NCBI GenBank assembly: GCA_902576605.1
Contig: CACGVI010000002.1
Location: 7,422-71,421 of the forward strand
DNA: 64,000 nucleotides
Reading direction: 5' to 3'
Source: an uncultured Candidatus Actinomarina sp.
Lineage (GTDB): Bacteria > Actinomycetota > Acidimicrobiia > Actinomarinales > Actinomarinaceae
Every line of letters begins with the position of its first letter. Position 1 is the first letter of the stretch. Both the position numbers and the translations under genes were made by a program. Of this stretch, positions 28,823 through 38,765 are shown piece by piece. The notes under the pieces are model-generated. The model had not been told where the DNA came from and made no database searches. It saw only the letters and a list, made by a program, of their open reading frames with translations.

Positions 28823-30656
28823 CTAACTCAGAAAATTGTTCAATAATCACGTTTCTTTTTATTTTTTGGGTAGCAGTCAATTCGCCATCTTCATGATCGA
28901 GCTCTTTTGGAATTAGTTCGAACTTTCTCACTTGTAATGAAGATGTTTCTTCGTTTGCACGAATAATCTCTTTAGAGACTAATTCTCTCACTTCAGGCTT
29001 TTCTGTTAAATCTCTATATGTTGTAAAAGGAATTTTTTTTCTCAAAGCCCAATTTGAGACAGTTTCAAATTCAATTGCTACAAGACAAGATAGAAATTTT
29101 CTTCTATCACCAACAACGAGTGCATCTTTAATAAATGGAGAAGCCTTAATTTTATTTTCTATTTCAGAAGGTGAGACATTTTTACCACCACTTGTCACAA
29201 TAATATCTTTTTTTCTATCAGTTATTATCAAACTTCCTTTTTCAGTAATTTTTCCAACGTCGCCAGTATGTAGCCATCCTTCTTCATCAATAACGTCTTT
29301 TGTACTTTTTTCATCTTTATAATATCCCTTAAAAGTTCCTCCATGTCTTGTGAGAATTTCTCCATCATCAGCTATTTTTATCTCACAGTTTTCATGTGGT
29401 CTACCAACAGAACCAATCTCAATTATCTCAAAATCATTTGATGTAACATACGCACAATTTTCTGTCATGCCATATGCTTCGAATATTGGCACACCTAAAG
29501 CCATAAAAAATTTCAACACTTCGGGGGCTATTGGAGCGGCACCAGAAATAGCAATAGCAATTTTACTTAAACCTAATTTTTTCTTAAGTGTTCTAAAAGA
29601 TAATATATGAGCTATTAACAGTAATATTCGTGCAATTAAATCATTAAATGATTTGTTTAAACGTCTTTCAGTAGCTATGTTTCCAAGTTTCAATGAGAAA
29701 TTAAACATTAGCCTTTTAAAAAATGATGCATCTCTCATCTTTACTAGGCTAGTTGAGTACATTCTTTCCCAAATTCTTGGTACTGCAGGAAAAAAGTCTG
29801 GTTGAATATCAACTAAATCAGATTGAACTGTATCTGTTGATTCGGAGAAATTAATTGTAGCAATTAATTGCGTTGCAATTAAGAGATCAGTTAGTCTTGC
29901 AAAAATATGACACAGAGGAAGATAAGATAAAAACTGGGGGTTTTTTGTTTTTACTGATTCGACAAATACTGTAGTGACTAAGTTTCCACTTACCCATCTC
30001 AGATTACCATGAGTAATCATTGAGCCTTTTGGAGGACCGGTTGTGCCAGAAGTATAAACTAACATGGCTAAATCATCATCTTCAATATTGTCAATTGTAT
30101 AAAAAATTTTATCGATATTTGATTCTAATTTTTCTTTTCCAATCTCAAGAAATTCATCATATGAAATAAGGTATTCAGAATTATATTTGTACATACCTTT
30201 ATTATCAAAATAAACTATCTTCTTTAGAGATGGTAAGTTTTCACAAACTGCTAATGCCTTATCCACTTGTTCTTGATCCTCAGCAAATAAGATCACTGTT
30301 TCAGAATGTCCAAGTAAATATTCAACTTCAGATTTAGGATTTGTTGGATATAAGCCAACAGTGACTGCACCAGCAGCCTGAATTCCTAAGTCTGATACAA
30401 ACCATTCAGGTCTATTTTCAGAATGGACAGCAACCTTGTCTCCTTTATTGACTCCAAAATCAATTAATGCAGAAGCTAGGTAAGTACATTTATTCCAAAA
30501 TTCAAGATAAGTCGTTTCATACCATATTCCAAATTCCTTATTTCTTAAAGCTATACTTTCTGGAAATCTTTCCCCTAATTCTTTAACTCTGAGCAATGGT
30601 GTTTTACCGCCAGTTTCTTTTGCTTCGGCTTGTATTTCTTTCATACTTAATGTCAT
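28803..30656 (-). CDS. AMP-forming long-chain acyl-CoA synthetase
   Basis: 617 aa with MLVYTSGTTGPPKG, GYGMTE-like EAYGMTEN, TGDVG and a C-terminal TATQKIKR. Confidence 0.85.
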   Translation of the reverse strand: MTLSMKEIQAEAKETGGKTPLLRVKELGERFPESIALRNKEFGIWYETTYLEFWNKCTYLASALIDFGVNKGDKVAVHSENRPEWFVSDLGIQAAGAVTVGLYPTNPKSEVEYLLGHSETVILFAEDQEQVDKALAVCENLPSLKKIVYFDNKGMYKYNSEYLISYDEFLEIGKEKLESNIDKIFYTIDNIEDDDLAMLVYTSGTTGPPKGSMITHGNLRWVSGNLVTTVFVESVKTKNPQFLSYLPLCHIFARLTDLLIATQLIATINFSESTDTVQSDLVDIQPDFFPAVPRIWERMYSTSLVKMRDASFFKRLMFNFSLKLGNIATERRLNKSFNDLIARILLLIAHILSFRTLKKKLGLSKIAIAISGAAPIAPEVLKFFMALGVPIFEAYGMTENCAYVTSNDFEIIEIGSVGRPHENCEIKIADDGEILTRHGGTFKGYYKDEKSTKDVIDEEGWLHTGDVGKITEKGSLIITDRKKDIIVTSGGKNVSPSEIENKIKASPFIKDALVVGDRRKFLSCLVAIEFETVSNWALRKKIPFTTYRDLTEKPEVRELVSKEIIRANEETSSLQVRKFELIPKELDHEDGELTATQKIKRNVIIEQFSELVESMYK

Positions 30657-31432
30657 TTTTTTGAACTCCCAACATATGCTTCGATTACTGAAGAATTTTC
30701 AATAACTTCATTTGGAGTACCATCAGCTATTTTTTCTCCAAAATTTAATACTGTTATTTCATGTGCTATGTCAGTCACCATATTCATGTCGTGATCAACC
30801 AATAAAACTGAAATTTTTAGTTCTTCATTGATATCAATTATGAATCTCGCAATATCTTCAGTTTCTTCATTATTCATACCTGCCGCTGGTTCATCTAATA
30901 AAATTAATTTTGGAGCCAGTGCTAATGCTCTACCTAGCTCAACTCTTTTTTGAATTCCATAAGGCAAAGACATTACATAAGAATATCTGTACTCTTCTAT
31001 TTCAAGAAAATCTATAATATCTTCTGCTTCTTTTCGAGCATACAATTCACCTTTTTTTGCTTTACTAGAATAAAACAATCCTGATAAAATTCCATAATCT
31101 AATCTTCTGTGTACACCGGTTAAAATATTTTCTAAAACTGAAAGATTTTCAAATAACTCTATATTTTGAAATGTTCTTGCTATCCCTAGTTCTGCAATTT
31201 TATTTGGACGCATATTTGTAATGTTTGCATCCTCAAAAAAAATATTTCCGCTATCTGGACTGTATATTCCACTAATGCAATTAAAGACAGATGTTTTGCC
31301 TGCTCCATTAGGTCCAATTATTGAAGTAATGCTTTTTTCCTTTACATCAAAACTTACATTTTTTAAAGCAGTAATTCCACCAAAACTCAATGAAACATCT
31401 TCAAATTTTAATAAAGAACTTAACTCAACCAT
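30653..31432 (-). CDS. livG: ABC ATP-binding protein (LivG family)
   Basis: GPNGAGKTS, LPYGIQKRVELGRAL and LLDEPAAGMN. Confidence 0.85.
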   Translation of the reverse strand: MVELSSLLKFEDVSLSFGGITALKNVSFDVKEKSITSIIGPNGAGKTSVFNCISGIYSPDSGNIFFEDANITNMRPNKIAELGIARTFQNIELFENLSVLENILTGVHRRLDYGILSGLFYSSKAKKGELYARKEAEDIIDFLEIEEYRYSYVMSLPYGIQKRVELGRALALAPKLILLDEPAAGMNNEETEDIARFIIDINEELKISVLLVDHDMNMVTDIAHEITVLNFGEKIADGTPNEVIENSSVIEAYVGSSKK

Positions 31433-32208
31433 CTTTTTTTCCTTTTGTAATGTTTAACATCTCTAAACGATTTACGTTCAGTGGAATTAGAGTTTAAACC
31501 AAGATAAAATTCTTGAACATCTTCATCTTCTTTGAGCTCTAGACTGTTTTTATCCATAACAATTGTTCCATTTTCCATTATGTAAGCATGATCAGATATA
31601 TTAAGAGCCATGTTTGCATTTTGCTCAACAAGAAGAACAGACACTCCTAAATTGTTAATCTCTAAAACCAGTTCTGCAATTTGGTCGACTAATTTAGGTG
31701 CAAGACCAAGACTTGGTTCATCAAGTAGAAGATAGTCAGGTTCTGACATTAAGCTTCTGCCAATAGCCAGCATTTGTTGCTCACCACCTGAAAGATAGCC
31801 TGCTATGTTACCTTCCCTACTTTTTAATAATGGAAATAAATCGAATACCCTTTCAACATTTTTTTCAAAATTCTGTGTATTTGTATGTGCACCCAGTTTT
31901 AAATTTTCAAGTACAGTAATTTCTGAGAAAATGCGACGACCTTCTAGTACTTGAGATACACCCATTTTTACGATTTCAGAAGGATTAGAATTAGTAATAT
32001 TTTTTTCATCATAAATTATCTCACCCTTGGTAATTTTACCATTTTGAATATCAAGTAAACCAGATATTGCTCTGAGAACAGTAGTTTTACCAGCACCATT
32101 TGCACCAAGTAATGCGACTACTTTATTTCTTGGAAGATTTATTGAAATACCTTTGAGGACTAAAATTACATCCTGATACACTACTTCAAGGTTTTTCACA
32201 GATAACAT
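31420..32208 (-). CDS. livF: ABC ATP-binding protein (LivF family)
   Basis: GANGAGKTT, LSGGEQQMLAIGRSL and LLDEPSLGLAP. Confidence 0.85.
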   Translation of the reverse strand: MLSVKNLEVVYQDVILVLKGISINLPRNKVVALLGANGAGKTTVLRAISGLLDIQNGKITKGEIIYDEKNITNSNPSEIVKMGVSQVLEGRRIFSEITVLENLKLGAHTNTQNFEKNVERVFDLFPLLKSREGNIAGYLSGGEQQMLAIGRSLMSEPDYLLLDEPSLGLAPKLVDQIAELVLEINNLGVSVLLVEQNANMALNISDHAYIMENGTIVMDKNSLELKEDEDVQEFYLGLNSNSTERKSFRDVKHYKRKKRWLS

Positions 32209-32332
32209 TTACTTAATAACTTTAAGTAATAGAGTAAATAATTTCAACCCATACAAAATTAATTAGTTTTTTTCATGAAACCTAATAAAAATATTGAATA
32301 CAAATATTAGTTAGAATTTTTGCGTATTTATT

Positions 32333-33550
32333 ATGAGATGTATGAATGATGAAAATTTTTCTCAACAACAACTTTTTGAACAGGAAAAATATATTTCTGA
32401 TTTAATTGAAAAAAAATCTGACAAAAAGAAAAGTTCTATAAATATTATTTTTGGAGCGTCGTTAATTTCAAGTGGAATAGTTTTATCATTTTTATTTCTG
32501 TTTGGATTGTTCGATGAAGAAGAGATTGTAATTCCTGAACCTGTAACGATAACTCAAACTGTTACTGAAAAAGAATTAGTTATGCCAAGAGTTGACTCTA
32601 CAGAAATAGTTTCGATTGCTGAATTAGCTACAAAAACTATTGTTCAGGTTCAAGTAGGAGACATATCAGAAGATGGAGAATTTCTTCCAAGTGGTGGTGG
32701 CTCAGGAGTTGTTATTTCTTCCGATGGTCTAATAATGACTAATCACCATGTTATTGATAACTCAGTCCAAGTAAGGGTCGTCTTTGAAGATGGTAGAATG
32801 TATGAAAGTAAAATTGTTGGATCTGATAGGCTCACAGACATTGGATTACTTAAAATCTCTGCATCAAATTTAGTTCCTATATCAATCGGAAATAGTGAGT
32901 CTCTTAAGGTTGGGGATTTAGCAGTTGCTATTGGTCACCCATTAACGTTAGGTGCAGCACCTACTGTAACAACTGGGGTTGTTTCAGCATTGGAAAGAAG
33001 GCTAGACGTTGGTAGCGAAGCTATGGATTCAGGAGTTACTTTGTTTGGCTTGATTCAGACTGATGCACCAATAACAAGAGGGTCGAGTGGAGGTGCATTA
33101 ATTAACAATAATGGAGAATTAATTGGTATTACTACTGCTATAGCTACTGCAGATGTTGGAGCAGAAGGATTAGGATTTGCCGTTCCAGTAAATTTAGCTT
33201 TGGGTATAGCTGATGACTTACTTAAAGAAGGGCGTATTTTACATGCTTTTCTTGGAATTTTAGGTGCACAACATTTTGATACAGCAGATGATGGAGCAAG
33301 AGTATTCTCCGGAGTAATGATACAAGAACTGTATGGTCCAGGAAATGAAGTTTTTGCAATTGGAAAAGCTGGTGCATCAGCTGGCGATATAATTAAAAAA
33401 ATTAATGGTATTAATGTAAAGACGTTAGACGGCTTGATAACAGTGTTAAGACAAAAAAGAGCGGGTGATACTGTAGAGATAGAAATACTAAGAAACTCTC
33501 AAACAATAACACTTGTTTTTGAGTTGGATCTTCGACCTTCAGATGTCTGA
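32333..33550 (+). CDS. HtrA/DegP-family trypsin-like serine protease with C-terminal PDZ domain
   Basis: 405 aa with a TM anchor, TNHHVI, DIGLLKI and TRGSSGGAL (catalytic triad context), plus a PDZ tail. Confidence 0.85.
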   Translation: MRCMNDENFSQQQLFEQEKYISDLIEKKSDKKKSSINIIFGASLISSGIVLSFLFLFGLFDEEEIVIPEPVTITQTVTEKELVMPRVDSTEIVSIAELATKTIVQVQVGDISEDGEFLPSGGGSGVVISSDGLIMTNHHVIDNSVQVRVVFEDGRMYESKIVGSDRLTDIGLLKISASNLVPISIGNSESLKVGDLAVAIGHPLTLGAAPTVTTGVVSALERRLDVGSEAMDSGVTLFGLIQTDAPITRGSSGGALINNNGELIGITTAIATADVGAEGLGFAVPVNLALGIADDLLKEGRILHAFLGILGAQHFDTADDGARVFSGVMIQELYGPGNEVFAIGKAGASAGDIIKKINGINVKTLDGLITVLRQKRAGDTVEIEILRNSQTITLVFELDLRPSDV

Positions 33551-34583
33551 CGATATTTTTTCTCAATTATTTAATTTATTTAATAATGATGATGGTGATG
33601 TTAATTGGAATTTAGCTTCTCAAATTAATAATCATATAAATAAAGAATCTGAAGAAAATTTTCTATTTTCCAATAGTGAAATGAATTATGAAGAAATTTT
33701 TCGAGCAATACAACTAAATAACCAATCTTTAGATATTCCCTATGAAAATATCGAAAATTTGCAAATACTAAATTCAAAAGAATATGGAAATTGGTTCTTA
33801 GATTCTATAAAACATTTTGACTTTAGTAATTTAAATATAGCAAGCTCTAGTCCTTTTAATTTAGCTGGTGCCCAGTCATCTTTAATTGGTATGCAGCTAG
33901 GAAATATTTCTGGTTTCCTCAGTAAAAACACTTGGGGACTTAGCCATTTTGGAATAGTTCTTCCTAAAAGTAAAATTCTTGCAATCAACAAATTAAATTT
34001 TGAATCTAGAATTACCAGATTTGAAGTTGATGATAAAGATGCCACCATGGCTTTAATGGCTTTAGAATTTATTGCGCTGTCTTTGGGAAAATTTAATGCA
34101 CCTTTTTTATTCGTTCTTGAACAAATGCAAAAGAGTAACGAGAGTTTAATTGAAAGCTTGGGTGAAATGAAACCAGATATAGATCCATCAAGTTTTTCAA
34201 ATCCAGAAGAAATATTTTCAAATATGCCTGAACTAAACAATCTCAACTTTGATTCAATATTTGATTCAATATTTGCACCACTTAGTTTTTATAGACAAGT
34301 GATAAAAAATTCTACTAAAGAATTTTTAAAATATATAGATCCAAGTGTTATAGATTTAGTCGCAGATTTAAATCTAGTTGGAACTAATGAAAATATTAAT
34401 GACTTTGAAAACAAGATCTCGAATTATGATGAAAAATCAGAAAGTTTCATAAACTATCTAATCGAAAGTGAAAGTCAATATTCAACATTAGACATATTGT
34501 CAAATATCGATCTTATTCCTTCATCATCAGAAATTGAAGACCCAATTTCTTGGTTAGCTAGAACTTCCTTACCCCCTATTTAA
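33543..34583 (+). CDS. hypothetical protein, possibly DUF2342-like (zinc-metalloprotease-like family) but without HExxH
   Basis: The ATG at 33543 overlaps the htrA stop (ATGTCTGA). The N-terminus MSDDIFSQLFNLFNN...VNWNLASQI resembles that family from memory. No HExxH motif is visible. Confidence 0.35.
   Translation: MSDDIFSQLFNLFNNDDGDVNWNLASQINNHINKESEENFLFSNSEMNYEEIFRAIQLNNQSLDIPYENIENLQILNSKEYGNWFLDSIKHFDFSNLNIASSSPFNLAGAQSSLIGMQLGNISGFLSKNTWGLSHFGIVLPKSKILAINKLNFESRITRFEVDDKDATMALMALEFIALSLGKFNAPFLFVLEQMQKSNESLIESLGEMKPDIDPSSFSNPEEIFSNMPELNNLNFDSIFDSIFAPLSFYRQVIKNSTKEFLKYIDPSVIDLVADLNLVGTNENINDFENKISNYDEKSESFINYLIESESQYSTLDILSNIDLIPSSSEIEDPISWLARTSLPPI
34249..34272 (+). repeat. perfect 12-nt tandem duplication inside the CDS (ttgattcaatat x2, then ttg)
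   Basis: Read directly. It encodes FDSIFDSIF in frame. Confidence 0.9.
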
Positions 34584-34627
34584 ATTTAAATTCGCTAATA
34601 TTGATTTATTAAGAAAGGATAAAACGC

Positions 34628-35083
34628 ATGTCATTAAATATTGGAGATCAGATACCTGAATTTGAATTATACAACCATGATAAAACGAAATACAGCGACA
34701 AAGATTTCTTGGGTCAAAAAACAATGTTTGTCTTTATGCCATTCCCATTTAGCAGTGTTTGTGATAAAGAAATTTGTGAATTGAGAGATTATCAAGAATC
34801 TTTTATGAAAGAAGATACGAATACAGTGCTAGTAACAGTAGGTGCGAGCCCTACAAATAGAGCTTGGGCTGAACATTACAATATTGAGTTTCCTATTTTA
34901 TCTGATTTCTGGCCACATGGTGAAGCCGCTAAAAAATTTGGATGTTTTCATGATGGTGCTGGCATATCATTAAGGTATACATTCATTACAAATGAAGAAA
35001 ACGTAATCACAGAAATTATAAAGAGTGACGAAATAGGTGTTGAAAGAGATTTTAGCGAATATTCAGAAAGTTTTGGTATTTAA
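34628..35083 (+). CDS. peroxiredoxin (AhpC/TSA family, AhpE/Bcp-like)
   Basis: 151 aa with FVFMPFPFSSVCDKE containing the peroxidatic Cys. Confidence 0.75.
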   Translation: MSLNIGDQIPEFELYNHDKTKYSDKDFLGQKTMFVFMPFPFSSVCDKEICELRDYQESFMKEDTNTVLVTVGASPTNRAWAEHYNIEFPILSDFWPHGEAAKKFGCFHDGAGISLRYTFITNEENVITEIIKSDEIGVERDFSEYSESFGI

Positions 35084-35361
35084 CCTACATCTCTAACATC
35101 AAATTCAGCTGCACGCTGCCTCTTGATGCGTCTTCTTTCTCTTTCTGAAAGCCCTCCCCATATGCCGAACTTTTCTGATTGTTCAACTGCATACTCAAGG
35201 CATTCATCTTGTACAGTACATGCTCTGCAAATTGCTTTTGCTTTTCTAGTGGAGGCTCCTCTTTCTGGAAAAAATAAATCTGCGTCTGCCCCTTTACAAT
35301 TTGCTTCTTCAGTCCATGAAGGCATCCCGCCAATTAGTTCATCGATTATTTTTAATTCCAC
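35080..35361 (-). CDS. whiB: WhiB-family Fe-S transcriptional regulator
   Basis: 93 aa. Four Cys (C...CRACTVQDEC), GIWGG turn and a basic C-terminal RERRRIKRQR. Confidence 0.9.
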   Translation of the reverse strand: MELKIIDELIGGMPSWTEEANCKGADADLFFPERGASTRKAKAICRACTVQDECLEYAVEQSEKFGIWGGLSERERRRIKRQRAAEFDVRDVG

Positions 35362-35474
35362 CCTTGCTCCTTAATAAACTACACAAGTGTAATTTATTAC
35401 GTCAAAAGTTAATTGTCAAGGGGTGAATTGTCTAAATAATTATTAGTTAATTCGCAAATATAGGATAATTAATT

Positions 35475-35933
35475 ATGGCTTATCAAAATATAGTTTCCAC
35501 TGGTTCTGTTTATAAAGGAAGGACTGGTATGTGGTTGTACCTCTTCCACAGGATTACGGGAGTTGCATTATTTGGTTATCTATTACTTCATATTATATCT
35601 ACAGCACTTATTTTGGCTGGACCTGAAATCTACGAAGGTGCTGAGGCAATATACAAAAACTTTTATTTTAGAATCGGAGAAGTTGGCTTAATGGCAGCTG
35701 TTCTAGCTCATGCTATAAATGGCTTAAGAATTATTGCAGTTGACCTTTGGAGCAAGGGATCTGATTATCAAAAAGCATTAAATATTACAGCGTTGGTTGT
35801 TTTTATTGCAATATTTGTTCCTACAACATACAAAATGATAGATTCTTACTTTGAAGTATGTTTAGAAAAAAGTTCAATTGGAACAACTGTTATTGACTGT
35901 ATGGTAAGGCCTCTTCCGGATTGGAAAACATGA
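35475..35933 (+). CDS. sdhC: succinate dehydrogenase cytochrome b subunit
   Basis: 152 aa membrane protein with FHRITGV. First gene of sdhCDAB. Confidence 0.8.
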   Translation: MAYQNIVSTGSVYKGRTGMWLYLFHRITGVALFGYLLLHIISTALILAGPEIYEGAEAIYKNFYFRIGEVGLMAAVLAHAINGLRIIAVDLWSKGSDYQKALNITALVVFIAIFVPTTYKMIDSYFEVCLEKSSIGTTVIDCMVRPLPDWKT

Positions 35934-36331
35934 TGAAATCGGTAAAAAGAACTGACTGGGGAAGAAGAACTCCACCTATTGGAGGTAGTAATTTTGAGTT
36001 ATATGCTTGGTTTTTTATGAGAATAAGTGGTTTATTCCTAGTTCTTTTAGCTGCCGGGCATATGTTTATAATGCATGTTTTTAACGATACACTTAACCTA
36101 GATTATGAATTTGTAGCAGCAAGATGGGACACACCTTACTGGAGAACATTTGATTGGCTTTTGTTAACACTAAGTATTCTCCATGGTACTAATGGACTTA
36201 GAATTGTTATGCACGACAACATTGCTAATAAAACATTTAGGCAGCTTGCTCTCTACGGATTGTACTTTACATCAACTGCGTTTTTTATACTAGGAACTTA
36301 TGTATTAGTAGCGTTTGTGAGGGAAGTATGA
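35930..36331 (+). CDS. sdhD: succinate dehydrogenase hydrophobic anchor subunit
   Basis: Three-helix protein between sdhC and sdhA. The ATG at 35930 overlaps the sdhC TGA (ATGA). The track start 35921 is an upstream TTG. Confidence 0.75.
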   Translation: MMKSVKRTDWGRRTPPIGGSNFELYAWFFMRISGLFLVLLAAGHMFIMHVFNDTLNLDYEFVAARWDTPYWRTFDWLLLTLSILHGTNGLRIVMHDNIANKTFRQLALYGLYFTSTAFFILGTYVLVAFVREV

Positions 36332-38070
36332 AAATTATAAAGCATTCATTTGATGGTGTGATCGTCGGAGCAGGTGGTGCTGGTTTAAGAGCTGCGATAG
36401 AGGCTGCTCCACACATGAAACTTGCAGTAATTACAAAACTCTACCCTACAAGATCACATACTGGTGCTGCGCAAGGTGGCATGAGCGCTGCATTAGCAAA
36501 TGTCGAAGAAGACAATTGGAATTGGCATGCTTTTGATACTGTAAAAGGTTCTGATTACTTAGCTGATCAACCAGCTGTAGATATTCTTTGTAAAGAAGCG
36601 ATAGATTCTGTTGTTGAATTAGAACACTGGGGCTTGCCCTTTAGTAGATTAGAAAATGGAAAAATAGCACAAAGAAGATTTGGTGGCCACACAGTAAAAG
36701 AGGGTGAGGCACCAGCTTTCAGGGCTTGTTATGCTGCAGATAGAACTGGCCATATGATTTTGCAAACTTTGTATCAAAAGTGTGTATCTATGGGTGTTAC
36801 TTTTTTTGATGAGTTTCAAGTTTTAGATATAAAAATAGATGATGGTGTTTGTAGGGGTGTTATTGCATATGAAGTTGCAACAGGCGATATTCATATTTTT
36901 GAAGCTAGAGCTGTAACTTTTGCAACAGGAGGTTTTGGGAAAATTTATAAAGTTAGCTCAAATGCTCACTCACTTACTGGTGATGGTCCTGGAATTTTAT
37001 ACCAAAAAGGCATACCTCTTGAAGATATGGAATTTTATCAATTCCACCCAACTGGAATATACAGACTCGGAATATTGTTATCTGAAGCTGCACGTGGGGA
37101 AGGTGGTATTTTAAGGAATAAAGATGGTGAAAGATTTATGGAGAGATATGCACCATCTATCAAAGACTTGGCACCAAGAGATATGGTTTCTCGTGCAATT
37201 GCTACAGAGATCAGCGAAGGAAATGGTGCTGGACCAAATAATGATTTTGTATATTTGGATTTAACTCATCTTGGTGCTGAAACAATAAAACAAAAACTCC
37301 CAGATATTACTGACTTTGTCAGAACTTATGTAAAAATTGAACCTATTAACGAACCGATTCCTGTCCAACCAACTGCCCATTACGCTATGGGTGGTATTCC
37401 TACAGATGTTAATGCTAGAGTTTTAAGCGATGCATCAGGTACAATACTTCCAGGAGTATATTCTGCTGGAGAATCAGCATGTGTAAGTGTCCACGGAGCA
37501 AATAGATTAGGTACAAATTCACTCTTAGATATTGTAGTTTTTGGTAAAAGGGCAGGTCAAAGTATGGTTGATTATGTATCTTCAACAAAACCAATGGAAC
37601 TCTCTGATAATGCTGCAGAAGACCTTACAAATAAAATTGAAAAATTAATAGAAAAAGATCATAGCCTTGAATTTTCTGTTCCTAGGATTAGAGAAGAGTT
37701 ACAAGACTCTATGGAAGAAAATGCAAAAATATTTAGAACCGAAGAGAGTTTAGAAAAACAAACAAAAATACTCACAGATCTGCGTGATAGATATCAGAAT
37801 GTGACTATTTCAGATAAAGGGAAAGTTTTTAACACAGAACTATTAGAAGCAATTGAGTTAGAGTACTTACTAGATATGTCAGACACAACTGTTGCCAGTG
37901 CACTTCATAGAAAAGAAAGTAGAGGTGCACATTCAAGAGTAGATCATGTTGAAAGAGATGACGAAAATTGGCTTAAGCATTCATTTGCATTTAAAAATGG
38001 GGAATCAGTTAAGCTAGAATATAAAAATGTTGAACTTGGAAACTATGAACCAAAGGAAAGAAAGTACTAA
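36328..38070 (+). CDS. sdhA: succinate dehydrogenase flavoprotein subunit
   Basis: VIVGAGGAGLRAA, RSHTGAAQGG (FAD-His), HPTG and RGAHSR. Confidence 0.95.
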   Translation: MKIIKHSFDGVIVGAGGAGLRAAIEAAPHMKLAVITKLYPTRSHTGAAQGGMSAALANVEEDNWNWHAFDTVKGSDYLADQPAVDILCKEAIDSVVELEHWGLPFSRLENGKIAQRRFGGHTVKEGEAPAFRACYAADRTGHMILQTLYQKCVSMGVTFFDEFQVLDIKIDDGVCRGVIAYEVATGDIHIFEARAVTFATGGFGKIYKVSSNAHSLTGDGPGILYQKGIPLEDMEFYQFHPTGIYRLGILLSEAARGEGGILRNKDGERFMERYAPSIKDLAPRDMVSRAIATEISEGNGAGPNNDFVYLDLTHLGAETIKQKLPDITDFVRTYVKIEPINEPIPVQPTAHYAMGGIPTDVNARVLSDASGTILPGVYSAGESACVSVHGANRLGTNSLLDIVVFGKRAGQSMVDYVSSTKPMELSDNAAEDLTNKIEKLIEKDHSLEFSVPRIREELQDSMEENAKIFRTEESLEKQTKILTDLRDRYQNVTISDKGKVFNTELLEAIELEYLLDMSDTTVASALHRKESRGAHSRVDHVERDDENWLKHSFAFKNGESVKLEYKNVELGNYEPKERKY

Positions 38071-38765
38071 TGGATGTCAAAGTTAACATTTTAAGGTACA
38101 ACCCTGAGACAGATAGAAAAGGTCATTGGGAAGAATATATACTTGAAGCTGATCCTGATGAAAGAATATTAGACTTACTTCACAAAGTTAAATGGTTTGA
38201 TGATGGAAGTTTAGCATTTAGAAGATCTTGTGCTCATGGAGTATGCGGATCTGATGCCATGGTTGTTAACGGCGAAAACATGCTTGCTTGTCAAGTTCTT
38301 GTAAAAGAAGTAAGTACACCTATCAAAATTGAACCTATTAGGGGCCTACCTGTTATAAAAGATCTGGTAGTTAATATGGATTCTTTTTTTGATTCATATA
38401 AAAAAGTAATGCCATTTCTTGTAAACGATAGTGAACCTGGTGAAAGGGAAAGGCTTCAGTCTCCTGAAGATAGAGATAGGTTTGAAGATACTACAAAATG
38501 TATATTGTGTGCTGCTTGTACAACAAGCTGCCCTGTTTTTTGGACTGCCGATACTTACGTGGGGCCTGCAGCGATTGTAAATGCACATAGGTTTGTGTTT
38601 GATTCACGTGATAATGCTTCGAAACAAAGGCTTGAAATATTAAAAGATGTTGATGGAGCGTTTAGATGTAGAACTGCATTCAATTGTACGTCAGCTTGTC
38701 CTCGTGGTATACAGGTTACTAAAGCCATCGAAGATGTTAAAAGAGAAACTCTCACTATCAATTGA
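38070..38765 (+). CDS. sdhB: succinate dehydrogenase iron-sulfur subunit
   Basis: CAHGVCGSD, CILCAACTTSCP and CTSACPRGI cluster motifs. Confidence 0.95.
   Translation: MDVKVNILRYNPETDRKGHWEEYILEADPDERILDLLHKVKWFDDGSLAFRRSCAHGVCGSDAMVVNGENMLACQVLVKEVSTPIKIEPIRGLPVIKDLVVNMDSFFDSYKKVMPFLVNDSEPGERERLQSPEDRDRFEDTTKCILCAACTTSCPVFWTADTYVGPAAIVNAHRFVFDSRDNASKQRLEILKDVDGAFRCRTAFNCTSACPRGIQVTKAIEDVKRETLTIN

Noticed and set aside
33740-34246. A 168-aa minus-strand ORF inside 33543..34583.
   Set aside because: It is antisense to an ORF that is translationally coupled to htrA. Its composition looks like a shadow frame.
34249-34272. The 12-nt perfect tandem repeat considered as a regulatory or CRISPR-like element.
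   Set aside because: There are only about 2.3 copies, they are in frame within a CDS (FDSIFDSIF), and there are no spacers. It is most simply a recent slippage duplication.
35085-35374. Two alternative ORFs (82 and 83 aa) overlapping whiB.
   Set aside because: The 35080..35361 frame gives a textbook WhiB protein with four Cys and GIWGG. The other two frames give no recognisable protein.
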